Assembly (NCBI GenBank): GCA_963719945.1
Contig: CAVRDX010000001.1
Location: forward strand, 128,001 to 192,000
Length of the DNA: 64,000 bases
Reading direction: 5' to 3'
Source of the DNA: an uncultured Thermoplasmata archaeon
GTDB taxonomy: Archaea; Thermoplasmatota; Thermoplasmata; UBA10834
In this document: one piece after another, positions 40,608-50,832 of the stretch
Numbering within the stretch: position 1 is the stretch's first letter
How the letters are laid out: each line of letters opens with the position of its first letter
Made by a program: the position numbers and the translations under genes
Notes under the pieces: model-generated
Databases searched by the model: none
What the model saw: only the letters and a program-made list of their open reading frames with translations
What the model was told of the DNA's origin: nothing

Positions 40608-41588
40608 TTGGCTAACAGTATTATCGAGGTCAAGGATCTGGAACATTCCTTCGGGGACTTCAAAGCCGTCGATGGGATAAGCTTCAATGTGGAGCAGGGC
40701 GAGATATTCTCGTTCCTAGGTCCGAATGGCGCCGGCAAGAGCACGACCATCAATGTCCTCACGACTCTGCTTTCATGTCAAGCAGGATCGGCGAAGGTCT
40801 GTGGTTTTGATGTCCGGACGAATCCACTTGATGTGCGCAAATGCATAGGGATTGTGTTCCAGGACGAAGTCCTGGATAGGGACATGACCGTAGGCGAGAC
40901 GCTGGAATTCCACGGCCGGATATACTCGATGCCCAAGGATCAGAGGCTCGCAAGGACGAAGGAACTCATCGAATTAGTTGAGTTGAAAGAGAAGGTAAAC
41001 GAGCGGACGAAGAATCTCAGTGGAGGGATGAAGCGACGGTTGGAGATCGCGCGTGGGCTCATGACACGACCTCGGGTTCTGTTCCTTGATGAGCCCACCA
41101 TCGGCCTTGACCCTCAAACCCGCCTTCGGATATGGGATTATATCAAGCGCATAAACGAGGAAGGTACGACGATCTTCCTCACCACACACTACATGGATGA
41201 GGCTGATTTGCTCAGTGACAGAATCGAGATCATAGATTATGGTAAGATCATCGCCTCCGGTACATCCGAGTCTCTGAAGAACACGCTGGGCAGCGACATG
41301 ATATATCTCGAGACAGAGGATGACACCAAGGCTGCAGAGATTGCGAGAAGAACTCTGAATGTTACTGAGGTAAAGCCCCTGTCGAATAAGGGACTCGAAC
41401 TCATACTCGATACGGACGGAAGCAAGGTCATGCCAATGATCCTCCGCTCGATAGAGGAGGAAGGTATCGTGATACAGAGCGTGAAGATGAAGAAACCTTC
41501 CCTGGACGATGTGTTCGTTCATTACACTGGCCGGGAGATACGCCATGAATCTGCTGAGAACGGCCTTCCCAGAAAAAGGAGGCATTAG
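40608..41588 (+). CDS. ABC transporter ATP-binding protein (DrrA-like)
   Basis: GPNGAGKST, LSGGMKRRLEIA, DEPTIGLDP and TTHYMDEA motifs. Confidence 0.94.
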   Translation: MANSIIEVKDLEHSFGDFKAVDGISFNVEQGEIFSFLGPNGAGKSTTINVLTTLLSCQAGSAKVCGFDVRTNPLDVRKCIGIVFQDEVLDRDMTVGETLEFHGRIYSMPKDQRLARTKELIELVELKEKVNERTKNLSGGMKRRLEIARGLMTRPRVLFLDEPTIGLDPQTRLRIWDYIKRINEEGTTIFLTTHYMDEADLLSDRIEIIDYGKIIASGTSESLKNTLGSDMIYLETEDDTKAAEIARRTLNVTEVKPLSNKGLELILDTDGSKVMPMILRSIEEEGIVIQSVKMKKPSLDDVFVHYTGREIRHESAENGLPRKRRH

Positions 41589-41590
41589 AC

Positions 41591-42427
41591 ATGGCTCGAG
41601 AGTTTCTTACCGTCTACTGGCGCGAGATGATAAAATATGTCAGGTTCAAGGGGATGCTCTTCGCATCTCTGGTCCAGCCTGCTCTATGGTTGCTCCTCTT
41701 CGGAGTCGCGATGAGCAGCAATTTCGATAATTCCGCGTTCCAGTTTCCGGATATGCCTGGGGTCGTTTCCGTGAACTATCTGACATTTATGACCGCTGGC
41801 GTCATGGCCATGACTGCTCTTTTCACATGCTTGTTTGGAGGTATGGGAATCCTATTCGACAGAAATTGGGGGATCATGAAGGAGATGCTCGCAAGTCCCA
41901 TGAACTCCTATCATATCCAGCTCGGAGTCGGGTTGGGAGGGGTGACGAAGTCTCTCATACAGGTCTGCTTGATTCTGGTGTTCGGTCTAGTTCTAGGCGT
42001 GGACTTCTTCGCAGGGAAATCCGCTCTGGAGGTCCTGGTATCAGTCGCTGGAATCGTTGCCTTTATCGCTGTGTTCTCTGCAGGCTTCATATTCCTCTCG
42101 GCCACTTTCGCGATGCGCGTCGAGAGCATGGAGAGTGTTCAGGCTATCATGACATTGCTGACGATGCCTCTTATGTTCTCGAGCAATGCCCTGTACTCGA
42201 TTGATTCCTTCCCTACATGGCTTCAGGTGATCTCATCGGTTAACCCGCTGACATATCTCGTCAATGGCATCAGGTACTTCGCTCTCGGAGACAATTTCTT
42301 TGCCATGGGGACGCATTATGAGCTCGCAGGCAATGATATCATATTCGCTTTCGTGGTGCTCTTGGCATTCGCATGCCTGACGTTCACCACGGCTTGGTTG
42401 ACCTTCAAGAAAGCGAAAGCCACTTAA
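41591..42427 (+). CDS. ABC-2 type transporter permease
   Basis: Six TM helices; NPLTYLVNGIR; follows the DrrA-like ATPase. Confidence 0.92.
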   Translation: MAREFLTVYWREMIKYVRFKGMLFASLVQPALWLLLFGVAMSSNFDNSAFQFPDMPGVVSVNYLTFMTAGVMAMTALFTCLFGGMGILFDRNWGIMKEMLASPMNSYHIQLGVGLGGVTKSLIQVCLILVFGLVLGVDFFAGKSALEVLVSVAGIVAFIAVFSAGFIFLSATFAMRVESMESVQAIMTLLTMPLMFSSNALYSIDSFPTWLQVISSVNPLTYLVNGIRYFALGDNFFAMGTHYELAGNDIIFAFVVLLAFACLTFTTAWLTFKKAKAT

Positions 42428-42514
42428 GGCTCGGCCTCAACCACGTCGCATCGATCTAGGGAAACCCCAAAAACCTCTTCACGATTCCATTCTGTTTGAA
42501 ATAGATTCCCGCTT

Positions 42515-43921
42515 TCACATACTCTTCATTCTGTCCGCGACCATAGCCACGAAAGCGATCGTATTGGTCAAGCTCTTCAGGGGCCAGTTCTCATTTGGCG
42601 CGTGTATATTGACACCCTTGAGGTCCACCTGACTGATGGTCAGGCACATCGGTGCATGGGGCGTGAATAAGTACCCTGGCCCAGTTCCGAAAGCCATCGG
42701 TACCACGCTCGAAGATGCGGGCAACGCCACTTCTCTGGATATGTCATGAACCAATCTGACAAATGGATTGTTCACTGGGGTCTTGGCAGGGTCATAGCTA
42801 CTTCCTCCGATGTCTTGAATCTCGATGTCGTCAAACCCCTTGTCTGAGAAATGCTTCTTCAATAACTCTATTGTATTCTCTGCGGTGAGATGTGGGACTA
42901 GTCGGATCTCGAGCTTCGCGCGTGCGGTCGAAGGTACGATAGTCTTGCATCCAGGACCATCGAAGCCAGCAGTTATGCCGCAGACGGTTATGCTCGGTTT
43001 CATGAAGACCGCTTCCAGAGCATCTACTCCCGAAAGGTTGAGCAACAGCTTGTCCAGGCCGTAATCCTCTTTCAGCATCCCAACGACATCTGCTTCGTAT
43101 TCTTCCAGAGCCTTCAGGTCGTCATCCGACGGTTTCATGACTCTCTCATCAATTCCATCCACGAGTATGTTCTCATTCTCGTCCTTCAATGAACTCAATG
43201 CCTGAATCAGACGCCATGCCGCGTTCGGGACCGCATTGGAGAAGCCAGAGTGAACATCAGCTCGAGGAAACCTTGGTGGCCCCCCAGCAATCACATCGAG
43301 ATAGACCATGCCTTTGCAGCCACAGTATACTTCTGCTGGGCTACCAGGCGTAGTCGTCAATAGCTCAATCGCACAGCCATCGGCTTTTAAGAAATCCTCA
43401 TGAGCCTTGGCAAACTCACTGAGATGCACCGAGGATGCCTCCTCCTCTCCTTCGATCACGAACTTGACATTTATCGGAAGTTCTCCCCGGATCTCCTCGA
43501 TCAGACTGATTCCGAGTAGGTTCGCAATATATGGTCCCTTATTGTCCTGCGCTCCTCTCCCATATATCCGTCCGTCCCTTATCGTCATCTTCCACGGAGA
43601 CGATTCCCACAGTTCGAGAGGTCCCTCTGGTTGGACATCGTAGTGGTGATACAACAGGAGGGTCCGTTCTGCACCCACATTCTTCTCGGCGAATATGATC
43701 GGGGAACCTGCGGTTTTAAACTGCTTAGCGTCGAACCCGCGGCTCCTGAGCTGCTTTTCGACATGGTCTGCGCATTGGTTTATGCTCTCTGCGTCTCGGA
43801 TAGCCACAGATGGGAATTCTATCAGCTTACCTAGCATGTCCAGAGCCTGCTTTTCCTTCTGGAGCGCCTTCTCTTGAATCTCCGGATACTGTGTCGCTTC
43901 GCTCACCATCGCTGGCTCCAT
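42515..43921 (-). CDS. M20-family metallopeptidase
   Basis: HYDVQP, GRGAQDNKG, EGEEE, HSG and NIHAPNE motifs; start placed after GAGGGGAGG SD. Confidence 0.92.
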   Translation of the reverse strand: MEPAMVSEATQYPEIQEKALQKEKQALDMLGKLIEFPSVAIRDAESINQCADHVEKQLRSRGFDAKQFKTAGSPIIFAEKNVGAERTLLLYHHYDVQPEGPLELWESSPWKMTIRDGRIYGRGAQDNKGPYIANLLGISLIEEIRGELPINVKFVIEGEEEASSVHLSEFAKAHEDFLKADGCAIELLTTTPGSPAEVYCGCKGMVYLDVIAGGPPRFPRADVHSGFSNAVPNAAWRLIQALSSLKDENENILVDGIDERVMKPSDDDLKALEEYEADVVGMLKEDYGLDKLLLNLSGVDALEAVFMKPSITVCGITAGFDGPGCKTIVPSTARAKLEIRLVPHLTAENTIELLKKHFSDKGFDDIEIQDIGGSSYDPAKTPVNNPFVRLVHDISREVALPASSSVVPMAFGTGPGYLFTPHAPMCLTISQVDLKGVNIHAPNENWPLKSLTNTIAFVAMVADRMKSM

Positions 43922-43977
43922 CCTCCCCTCTCTTTTGGGGTGGAGCATATTCGCGAAGATATTCTTTTCCATGGTGC

Positions 43978-45317
43978 CTTTCCCGATGACATGAATATCT
44001 CATCGATCGCATGAGTAGCATGCATGTAGCCAGGTGATGGATATGTCCCTGGCCAGATACCGTATTCGATGCTCCACAGAGCGGTAGTGTTCCACATTCA
44101 TGGGGAGCTCCCGTTTGAGGCCAGGATGCTCATGGAGGATTTCCGCCTGGCGGCCAATTGCGCAATCAGAGCCGGTTTGCATGCGAGGGTGACCTCCAGG
44201 AACGCCCTGGTGAAGCTGGCGTACAAAGACTTCAGGAAGGAGCATCCGAACATCTATTCTCAGCATCTTGTCTCCTCCTTCGAGGTCGCTGGTTCTATAC
44301 TCAAGAACCTGCGGAGGCGTTGGGGAAAAGGGCCAGTCAATCGCATACCATATATCCGCCGATTGATGATGAAGGCGGAGAATCAGGCATACAAGCTCAA
44401 CCGGGAGGAAGGAGTGATCGACCTTCCGATACGGGCTGGATGTCATGTGAAGCTGAGGCTCGTCCTGAGCGATTACCATCGTGGGTTTCTGAACGACAAA
44501 TCCCTTTCCCTCGGTTCACTGACCCTACTTCCAGACAGGGTCATAATAGCCTTTAGGAAGAGTGCACCCAAGGCATACACTCCGGAGTCGGCTCTGTCTC
44601 TGGACACGAACGAGCGGAGTTTGGATGGCGTGTTCATGAGCGAAGTTGGAAGCGTGCCGATCCGGGCTGCGTATCCAGATGTCGCAATCATCCAGGCACG
44701 GCATCATGACCGGCGGAAGCGCCTTCAGAAGAAGAAGGCGCACGACCGGCGGACATCGAGGCGATTGTGTCGCAGAGAGGGGAAGAGAGAGCATCATCGG
44801 ATCGAGTACCGCATGCACCAAGTGGCCAATGCGGTCCTCGGCTTCGCGGAGAAGCATAAATCGACGATTGTGCTCGAGGACCTGAGTGGGATGACAGCGC
44901 GGAAGCGCGGCAAGTCGCTCAACCGACGGTTGAGTTCGTGGCCTCGGAGGAAGCTACACGACCTCATCGAGTACAAGGCGGCCTGGATGGGCGTGCCAAT
45001 CATCAAGGTCGATCCATACAACAGCAGTAGGAGGTGTCCGATATGTGGGAGATTGAATCATTCCCGAATGGGTGCCGAGTTCGAGTGTGAGTGCGGCTGG
45101 CGTGCCGACAGGCATGTCAACGCCGGCATAAACCTGCTGCAGACAGCCTTCCCGGATGGGATGGCAGGGGGCTTACGGTTCAGCCCCGGCGCGTTCCAGC
45201 ATGACGTGGTGATGACCCTCTGCGACCCATTCATGGGCGCACGGTCGGAGCCGAATGGAACGAGTCGATCATCGAGGGGGTGGTCATCATGACCACCACC
45301 CGATTATTGACAGAACC
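43978..45317 (+). mobile_element. Solo-TnpB IS200/IS605-type (IS1341-like) element; ends approximate
   Basis: tnpB without tnpA; probable right end ...TTGACAGAACC; flanked by a CCATGGTGC direct repeat. Confidence 0.65.
44069..45292 (+). CDS. tnpB: TnpB/Cas12f-like RNA-guided nuclease-family protein
   Basis: RuvC-I SLDTNE, RuvC-II IVLEDL, Zn finger CPICG...CECG, RuvC-III DRHVNAGINL. Confidence 0.9.
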   Translation: MLHRAVVFHIHGELPFEARMLMEDFRLAANCAIRAGLHARVTSRNALVKLAYKDFRKEHPNIYSQHLVSSFEVAGSILKNLRRRWGKGPVNRIPYIRRLMMKAENQAYKLNREEGVIDLPIRAGCHVKLRLVLSDYHRGFLNDKSLSLGSLTLLPDRVIIAFRKSAPKAYTPESALSLDTNERSLDGVFMSEVGSVPIRAAYPDVAIIQARHHDRRKRLQKKKAHDRRTSRRLCRREGKREHHRIEYRMHQVANAVLGFAEKHKSTIVLEDLSGMTARKRGKSLNRRLSSWPRRKLHDLIEYKAAWMGVPIIKVDPYNSSRRCPICGRLNHSRMGAEFECECGWRADRHVNAGINLLQTAFPDGMAGGLRFSPGAFQHDVVMTLCDPFMGARSEPNGTSRSSRGWSS

Positions 45318-45428
45318 CCATGGTGCATTAGCGATTATTCCTATCCTGCAATTTGATGCTTGATTCCATCAGACGATTGATGCTCAGGTTTTTCAACGAC
45401 CAACGTTCATACCTGGTCTGTGACCTAG

Positions 45429-46232
45429 ATGTCCGAAGGACGTATTCCGACCCACCATCAGGTTGTGAACGCAATAGTCAGGGATCTTGAACCACTAGGC
45501 TATGTCCATGCAGTCTGGGAAGGGGGCGCGGTGGCATTTGGCCGTGCGGATGAATGGTCGGATATCGATCTATATATCGTGGTTGATGATGATAAGATCG
45601 AGGAGTCTTTCCAGGTCGTTGAGCGAGCTTTGGAGAGAATCTCTCCCATAAAGCAGAAGTTCGACATCGGCCAGACCCCTCAGGAAGGCGTGTATCAAGC
45701 GTTCTACAGGCTCAGGAACGCCAGTGAGTATCTTCTGATAGACCTCGCTGTGCTGAAGCTGAGCGCTCCTGATATGTTCCTTGAACCTGAGATACACGGT
45801 TCCGTTGTCTTTCACTTCAATAGGGATGGTTCGATACTCCCCAAACTAACTGACCGATCCGCCCTCGCCGACCGATTGAGAAAAAGACTGAATCGACTCA
45901 AGGAGAGGCGCGATCTCTTCACCATATTCGTCCAGAAGGAGATCAATCGAGGCAATTTCCTCGAGGCGTTCGATGCATATCGTGTCATCGTCTATGAGTT
46001 CCTGCTCGAACTGCTTCGCATGAAGCATTATGCGTTTCACCACAATTTCAAGCTGCGATATGTCTACCATGAACTGCCGGCTGATGTGATCCGTGAGCTC
46101 GAGCGGCTCATACAGATAGATGACATGGCTGACCTTGAAACGAAGTTCGAATCAGCTTCCAAGTGGGCTGAACGCGTCCTCAGTGAACTCGATAATATGG
46201 ATTTCGATGAGCTCCTGGATGATCAGATCTAG
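45429..46232 (+). CDS. Nucleotidyltransferase-domain protein (aminoglycoside adenylyltransferase-like)
   Basis: WEGGAVAFGRADEWSDIDL followed by a helical C-terminal domain. Confidence 0.8.
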   Translation: MSEGRIPTHHQVVNAIVRDLEPLGYVHAVWEGGAVAFGRADEWSDIDLYIVVDDDKIEESFQVVERALERISPIKQKFDIGQTPQEGVYQAFYRLRNASEYLLIDLAVLKLSAPDMFLEPEIHGSVVFHFNRDGSILPKLTDRSALADRLRKRLNRLKERRDLFTIFVQKEINRGNFLEAFDAYRVIVYEFLLELLRMKHYAFHHNFKLRYVYHELPADVIRELERLIQIDDMADLETKFESASKWAERVLSELDNMDFDELLDDQI

Positions 46233-49200
46233 CTTTGCTTGTCATCGAGCGCTGCCCTTTCAGCTGATATCCCCTGCTGACCTGGTTCCTTATCTTTTTG
46301 CAGCATGAGCACGATCTTAGTCCCCTTTGTATGGTCCCCTTGGACGCGGTCTTGGATGCGCATCCGTCCTCCGATATGTTCTGCAATGAGTGACATGAAT
46401 GACAGAGATGAGGCGATTCCTCTGCTGAACCTGTTCTCTGGATCGAACGCCTCTGCGGCCATCCCCGTCTTCATCATGTCCAGAATGCCTGGTCCATTGT
46501 CCGAGATCTCGACTCTCCAGTAGTCGAAATCGGACAACCCCTTGGCCTCGGCAACCTCGATATCGATTTGTACGTCCTCGGATTTGGAGTGTTTTGCAGA
46601 ATTGTCGAGTATCTCATCTATCATCTGGAGTATGTATTCTCTCCCCCTTACACGGATTGCTTCTTCCTGAGGTAGATCGTGATTGAACGTGAACCGTTTC
46701 GATGGATAATCTTTCTGAAGATCTTCTTCTTTTGATTTCAGGGCGTCTCTGAGATCGATGGTCTCCATGTCCTTGACATCTGTCTTTTCAGATTCCGATA
46801 GTCTCCTAGTATTCCTGACGAATGATGCTGTTCGCTTGATCTGGTTCATGATCTTCGTCGCTGATGATTTGACCCAGGGCTGGGACTGTTCATCCTTGGC
46901 AATCATCTCAGCATATATCATCATGGGACTGAGTATGTTCGTCAGATCATGTGCGATGAAATCCAGGTATGTCTGCGCCTTGACAGTTGCAGCCTCAGCC
47001 AATTCCTTCCTATGCTTGAGTTCTTGATCTGCGCGTACTCTGGCAGTTACATCTCGCAAGATACCTTCGGTGGCTACTAGTTTTCCCGAATCGTCAAATA
47101 TTCGGATAAATCGGATTTCGCACCATATGGTCTCCCCATTCTTGTGACGCATGCGTATCTGCAAGGACCCCGATTCAGGCGCATTCTGGGTAAGTCCAAG
47201 CTGCTCCAAAACGCCATCTTTATCATCTGGATGAATGTTGTCGTAAAAGACCGTCTGATCTTCGATCACCTCTTGCGGAGCATAACCAAGTATCGTTTCG
47301 CTGGCCGCGCTGACGAACTCAATCTGCGTGTCTGGATGGAGGCGAATCCTGTAGATGATATCCGGAGCGTTCTCGGCGAGTCGTCTGTATCTCTCCTCGC
47401 TCTCCTTGAGTCCTTGCTCCGCCTTCTTTCGCTCAGAAATGTCTGTATTGAAACCATGCCAGATTATGCTTCCATCCGAAAGTCTCTCAGGTGTCGCATT
47501 CCCCCACGTCCAACGGACGGGTTGTCCCGGGGCCTGCACCTGGTATTCGTGTTGCCATGTCGTCAGATGTTTCGCCGAGTATTCGATGGAATCAATCACG
47601 CCCTTAACATCTTCCTGCACTATCCTCTTGAATATTAATGACGCGTCATCTCGCACGTCTTCCGGAGTGCATCCAAAAATATCATTTATCGCATCGCTGG
47701 AGAACGGTATGCAAAAGGTTCCATCGGGCAGTTTCATGAATTGATATAACATTCCTGGAACGTTGGATGATATCTTCTTGAGTCGATCATCCCTTTCCTT
47801 CAGTTCCTCTTCCGCTCGTTTGATCTGGGTGATGTCTCGCAGACTACCTTCATAATGTGTTATTGCACCACGCTCATCTCTGACCGCTTTGCTTGTATCC
47901 TCGACCCATATGATGATGCCATCACGTCTTCGGAGTTGAAATACGAAATCCTGTATTGAGTGGTCGTGTTCTGTCCTGCGCATCCATTCGTCTCGGAGTT
48001 GTGGGTCGATATAGAGATCATAGATGCTGACAAATCTCAACGACTCTAGGTCGTCATATCCGAGCATGTGAATCAATGCCGTATTCGCTTCGAGGATATC
48101 CCCCGCCACCGTTATCCTGTATAGTCCAGTTGGGGTCCCTTCATAGATACTTCGGTAACGTTCCTCGGCAATCCGGAGTTCTTCCTCAGTCCGCTTCCGA
48201 TCGGCGAGCGCGTCGATGAGTTTCAGGTTGGCATAGCTGAGTTCAGAGATGACGCGTGTGAGCCTGACCATGAAGTCAAGTGCCATATTCACCCTATCTC
48301 TGCTGTATTTCGGAACCTTTCTGAGCGCGTCCAGATATTTCTCCTTGTCGAGACCGTATCTCTTTGCTTGATTGGCGAATATCTCCTCATCTATGGATTC
48401 ATCCTCGAAGAAGAATTGACCCGTGTAGACATTGCCGGCGTGCATGTCGCCGATATACAGCGGCGTAACAAAGTCCCATAGATGGTTCTTGCACTTGTAT
48501 GCCCTGATCTCACCGATCTTCAGGTTCTTTGAGAGGTGTAGGTCGCTCTCCCTGCAAAATTCACGAGTGATCGTATTCTTTCTGTGGAAACTGCCACAGA
48601 TTTCGCTCCATCCAGACGATGTGACCACATTTCCCTCGACGTCCAAGATTGCGTGTCCAATCCCAGTCAGCTTCGTGAAGTCCTCCATGATGGATTTTAT
48701 CTGCGGCACATCGATTATCTCTTTCAAATCGATTTGCAGGGTATCTCCAGGTGTTGATCGAGCAATGCCTCCATCCGATTGATTCGCTCCTTCGCGGGCA
48801 TTCTTTGCATTGAGGTAACTATTGATTTCACTGCTGACAGATTCATCCCGCTGATTTGATGCAATGCTCTCGGTCCATTCCCCGTCGATACTCTCAATCA
48901 TTAGGACGACACTTTCGACTTCTCCCGACTTATTCAATATCGGCAGCGCATCAATCGAGATCGACCTTCGCCTGGTTCCCTGTCGGTCAACTGCAAGTCT
49001 CTCGCTCCTCAGGGGTTTTCGGGAAGCAACGACCTTCGAGAATGGCTGGTTCTCTCTTGATAACGGAACCCCTTCGCAATCAGTGAACGGCACTGAATGG
49101 ACCGATGCCTTTCCCTGATCCGCATTCTCGTAAGTCAATCCGAGGATCTTCTTGGTCTCGTTGTCGGCGTATGTAATCTGACCCTCGTGGTCTACGATAA

Positions 49201-49261
49201 CGATTCCTTTGTTGCATCCCTCAGCTATACGGTCAAGCAAGGCGGTGATTGCCTGGTCCAT
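46229..49261 (-). CDS. Multi-PAS/PocR sensor histidine kinase
   Basis: PocR (C..FHR...C.ESD...YKCKNHLWD), several PAS/PAC domains, H-box AHDLTN, N-box LDNSAKH, DNGPGI. Confidence 0.92.
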   Translation of the reverse strand: MDQAITALLDRIAEGCNKGIVIVDHEGQITYADNETKKILGLTYENADQGKASVHSVPFTDCEGVPLSRENQPFSKVVASRKPLRSERLAVDRQGTRRRSISIDALPILNKSGEVESVVLMIESIDGEWTESIASNQRDESVSSEINSYLNAKNAREGANQSDGGIARSTPGDTLQIDLKEIIDVPQIKSIMEDFTKLTGIGHAILDVEGNVVTSSGWSEICGSFHRKNTITREFCRESDLHLSKNLKIGEIRAYKCKNHLWDFVTPLYIGDMHAGNVYTGQFFFEDESIDEEIFANQAKRYGLDKEKYLDALRKVPKYSRDRVNMALDFMVRLTRVISELSYANLKLIDALADRKRTEEELRIAEERYRSIYEGTPTGLYRITVAGDILEANTALIHMLGYDDLESLRFVSIYDLYIDPQLRDEWMRRTEHDHSIQDFVFQLRRRDGIIIWVEDTSKAVRDERGAITHYEGSLRDITQIKRAEEELKERDDRLKKISSNVPGMLYQFMKLPDGTFCIPFSSDAINDIFGCTPEDVRDDASLIFKRIVQEDVKGVIDSIEYSAKHLTTWQHEYQVQAPGQPVRWTWGNATPERLSDGSIIWHGFNTDISERKKAEQGLKESEERYRRLAENAPDIIYRIRLHPDTQIEFVSAASETILGYAPQEVIEDQTVFYDNIHPDDKDGVLEQLGLTQNAPESGSLQIRMRHKNGETIWCEIRFIRIFDDSGKLVATEGILRDVTARVRADQELKHRKELAEAATVKAQTYLDFIAHDLTNILSPMMIYAEMIAKDEQSQPWVKSSATKIMNQIKRTASFVRNTRRLSESEKTDVKDMETIDLRDALKSKEEDLQKDYPSKRFTFNHDLPQEEAIRVRGREYILQMIDEILDNSAKHSKSEDVQIDIEVAEAKGLSDFDYWRVEISDNGPGILDMMKTGMAAEAFDPENRFSRGIASSLSFMSLIAEHIGGRMRIQDRVQGDHTKGTKIVLMLQKDKEPGQQGISAERAALDDKQS

Positions 49262-49536
49262 CAATTCACTCCTTGCATATAGACAATATTGCAGCGACTG
49301 ACAATGAATCACGAAGCCGCAGAGAGCGTCCTGGCATACCTACTGAATGCATTGATGTCCAATTCCTCCCCGCAATGGAGAATATCAGTGTTATAGGATA
49401 AGGCTTTTTGGCAGTAAATACATCCATTATGGTTGCCGATTTCATCGAATCGTATCGATGAGAATTTCACTTGTGTTCCAGAGCAATTATCGGCATGGAT
49501 ATATTAGGTGCTCATCATATTCTGGTCTCTGGAACC

Positions 49537-50421
49537 ATGGCTGACGAACCGTCCATTCGATTGATGGTTGATACCGACCTGAATCAAGTCTTCTCACTGA
49601 TCGACAGGGAGAATTGGGGTTGGGAATTCCATGAGATTCGTAGGATATTTGCTCTCGACACCAGAAACTGCATAGTTGCGGAGGTCAATGGGGATCTAGT
49701 TGGTCTTATAACTCTGATCAATTTCGGAAAGACTGCATTCATAGTTCATGTTATAGTGAAAGAGGGTTGGAGGAAGAAGAAGCTCGGTGCAAGGATGATG
49801 CGCGACGCTCTTCAGAACCTAGATTCTCTGGATGTGGATAATGTGGAATTGCATGCGATGCCGGATGCCGCGGATTTCTACACGCAATTCGGATTCAAGA
49901 GGGTCGAAGAGATCTCATTCTTCTGCAAACATCCAGGAACTGGCGGACTGCATGATGTCGTGGACCCACCCTCGAACGCTGAGTTCAGGTTATTGGACCT
50001 TGACGAGACTCTGTCCGTGTCAGAATGCCAGGCAAGGATGATGGGTTACCATGAGAGTGATTTCCGATACGCCTTGAAGACCGATCCTCCGAAGTACCCT
50101 GTTGGAAGGATAGTAGGGAGCTCAATGACCTCAATGCTCGTTGCTAGGACGGGTTCCGACCTGAATCCCATTGGTCCGTGGTTCATGAATCACCCCGATA
50201 AGAAGACGGCTCATGCGATGCTCAGGTATGCGATTGCGAGATTGCCCGACCGCAGGACCGATGTAGGGGTATCCTCATCGAACGAGTTGGCAAAAGAAAT
50301 CTTCTTGGATGAAGGATTCTCACTGATGACCGAGGGCGTTGTCCGGGTCTCTCGATCGTCGAGGGCCATTGACCCGTTCCCCCCTGAACTATTGGCAATT
50401 GGTCATCTTGGAGTGATTTGA
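49537..50421 (+). CDS. GNAT N-acetyltransferase (tandem GNAT)
   Basis: VIVKEGWRKKKLG, FYTQFGF and IGPW motifs. Confidence 0.82.
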   Translation: MADEPSIRLMVDTDLNQVFSLIDRENWGWEFHEIRRIFALDTRNCIVAEVNGDLVGLITLINFGKTAFIVHVIVKEGWRKKKLGARMMRDALQNLDSLDVDNVELHAMPDAADFYTQFGFKRVEEISFFCKHPGTGGLHDVVDPPSNAEFRLLDLDETLSVSECQARMMGYHESDFRYALKTDPPKYPVGRIVGSSMTSMLVARTGSDLNPIGPWFMNHPDKKTAHAMLRYAIARLPDRRTDVGVSSSNELAKEIFLDEGFSLMTEGVVRVSRSSRAIDPFPPELLAIGHLGVI

Positions 50422-50470
50422 CCTGGGAATAGTTCGACAAATCGGCGGTCATGCACTGATGCGCAAATGG

Positions 50471-50812
50471 TCAGAGCACATCTTCTGATATGGGCAAGAC
50501 TGGGACGTCTGATTTAGTGAGCTCTCTCTCCATGCCGACCACATACTGGGTTCCCATGGGTGTATCCGTCTTCTCCCAATCCTGCAGCGTTCTTGCGAGG
50601 ACAACGAAATCTGGACGAACCTTCTCAACCACCTCATCGAAGTTGAGAGCGGTCACATGAGTCCTGATATCTACTTTGGGTATGAGTCCCTGGACAACCG
50701 CCTCTGGAGTCTCATGTGGATCCGCCACGACTATTTCCAGTTTCGAATTCTTCCTCAACTGCTTTATCACGCGCACGCCGAACTTCCCCGCACCAATCAC
50801 CAATACTCTCAT
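50471..50812 (-). CDS. Small NAD(P)-binding Rossmann (TrkA-N-like) protein
   Basis: MRVLVIGAGKFG (GxGxxG) after a GGTGG SD, directly downstream of the DASS transporter. Confidence 0.75.
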   Translation of the reverse strand: MRVLVIGAGKFGVRVIKQLRKNSKLEIVVADPHETPEAVVQGLIPKVDIRTHVTALNFDEVVEKVRPDFVVLARTLQDWEKTDTPMGTQYVVGMERELTKSDVPVLPISEDVL

Positions 50813-50832
50813 CGAGCCACCACCCCGTCCTC

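Noticed and set aside
44069-45292. TnpB as the array's mobilising enzyme or as a CRISPR Cas12f
   Set aside because: It lies 12 kb from the array, has no CRISPR repeats, and its flanks share nothing with the cassette repeat.
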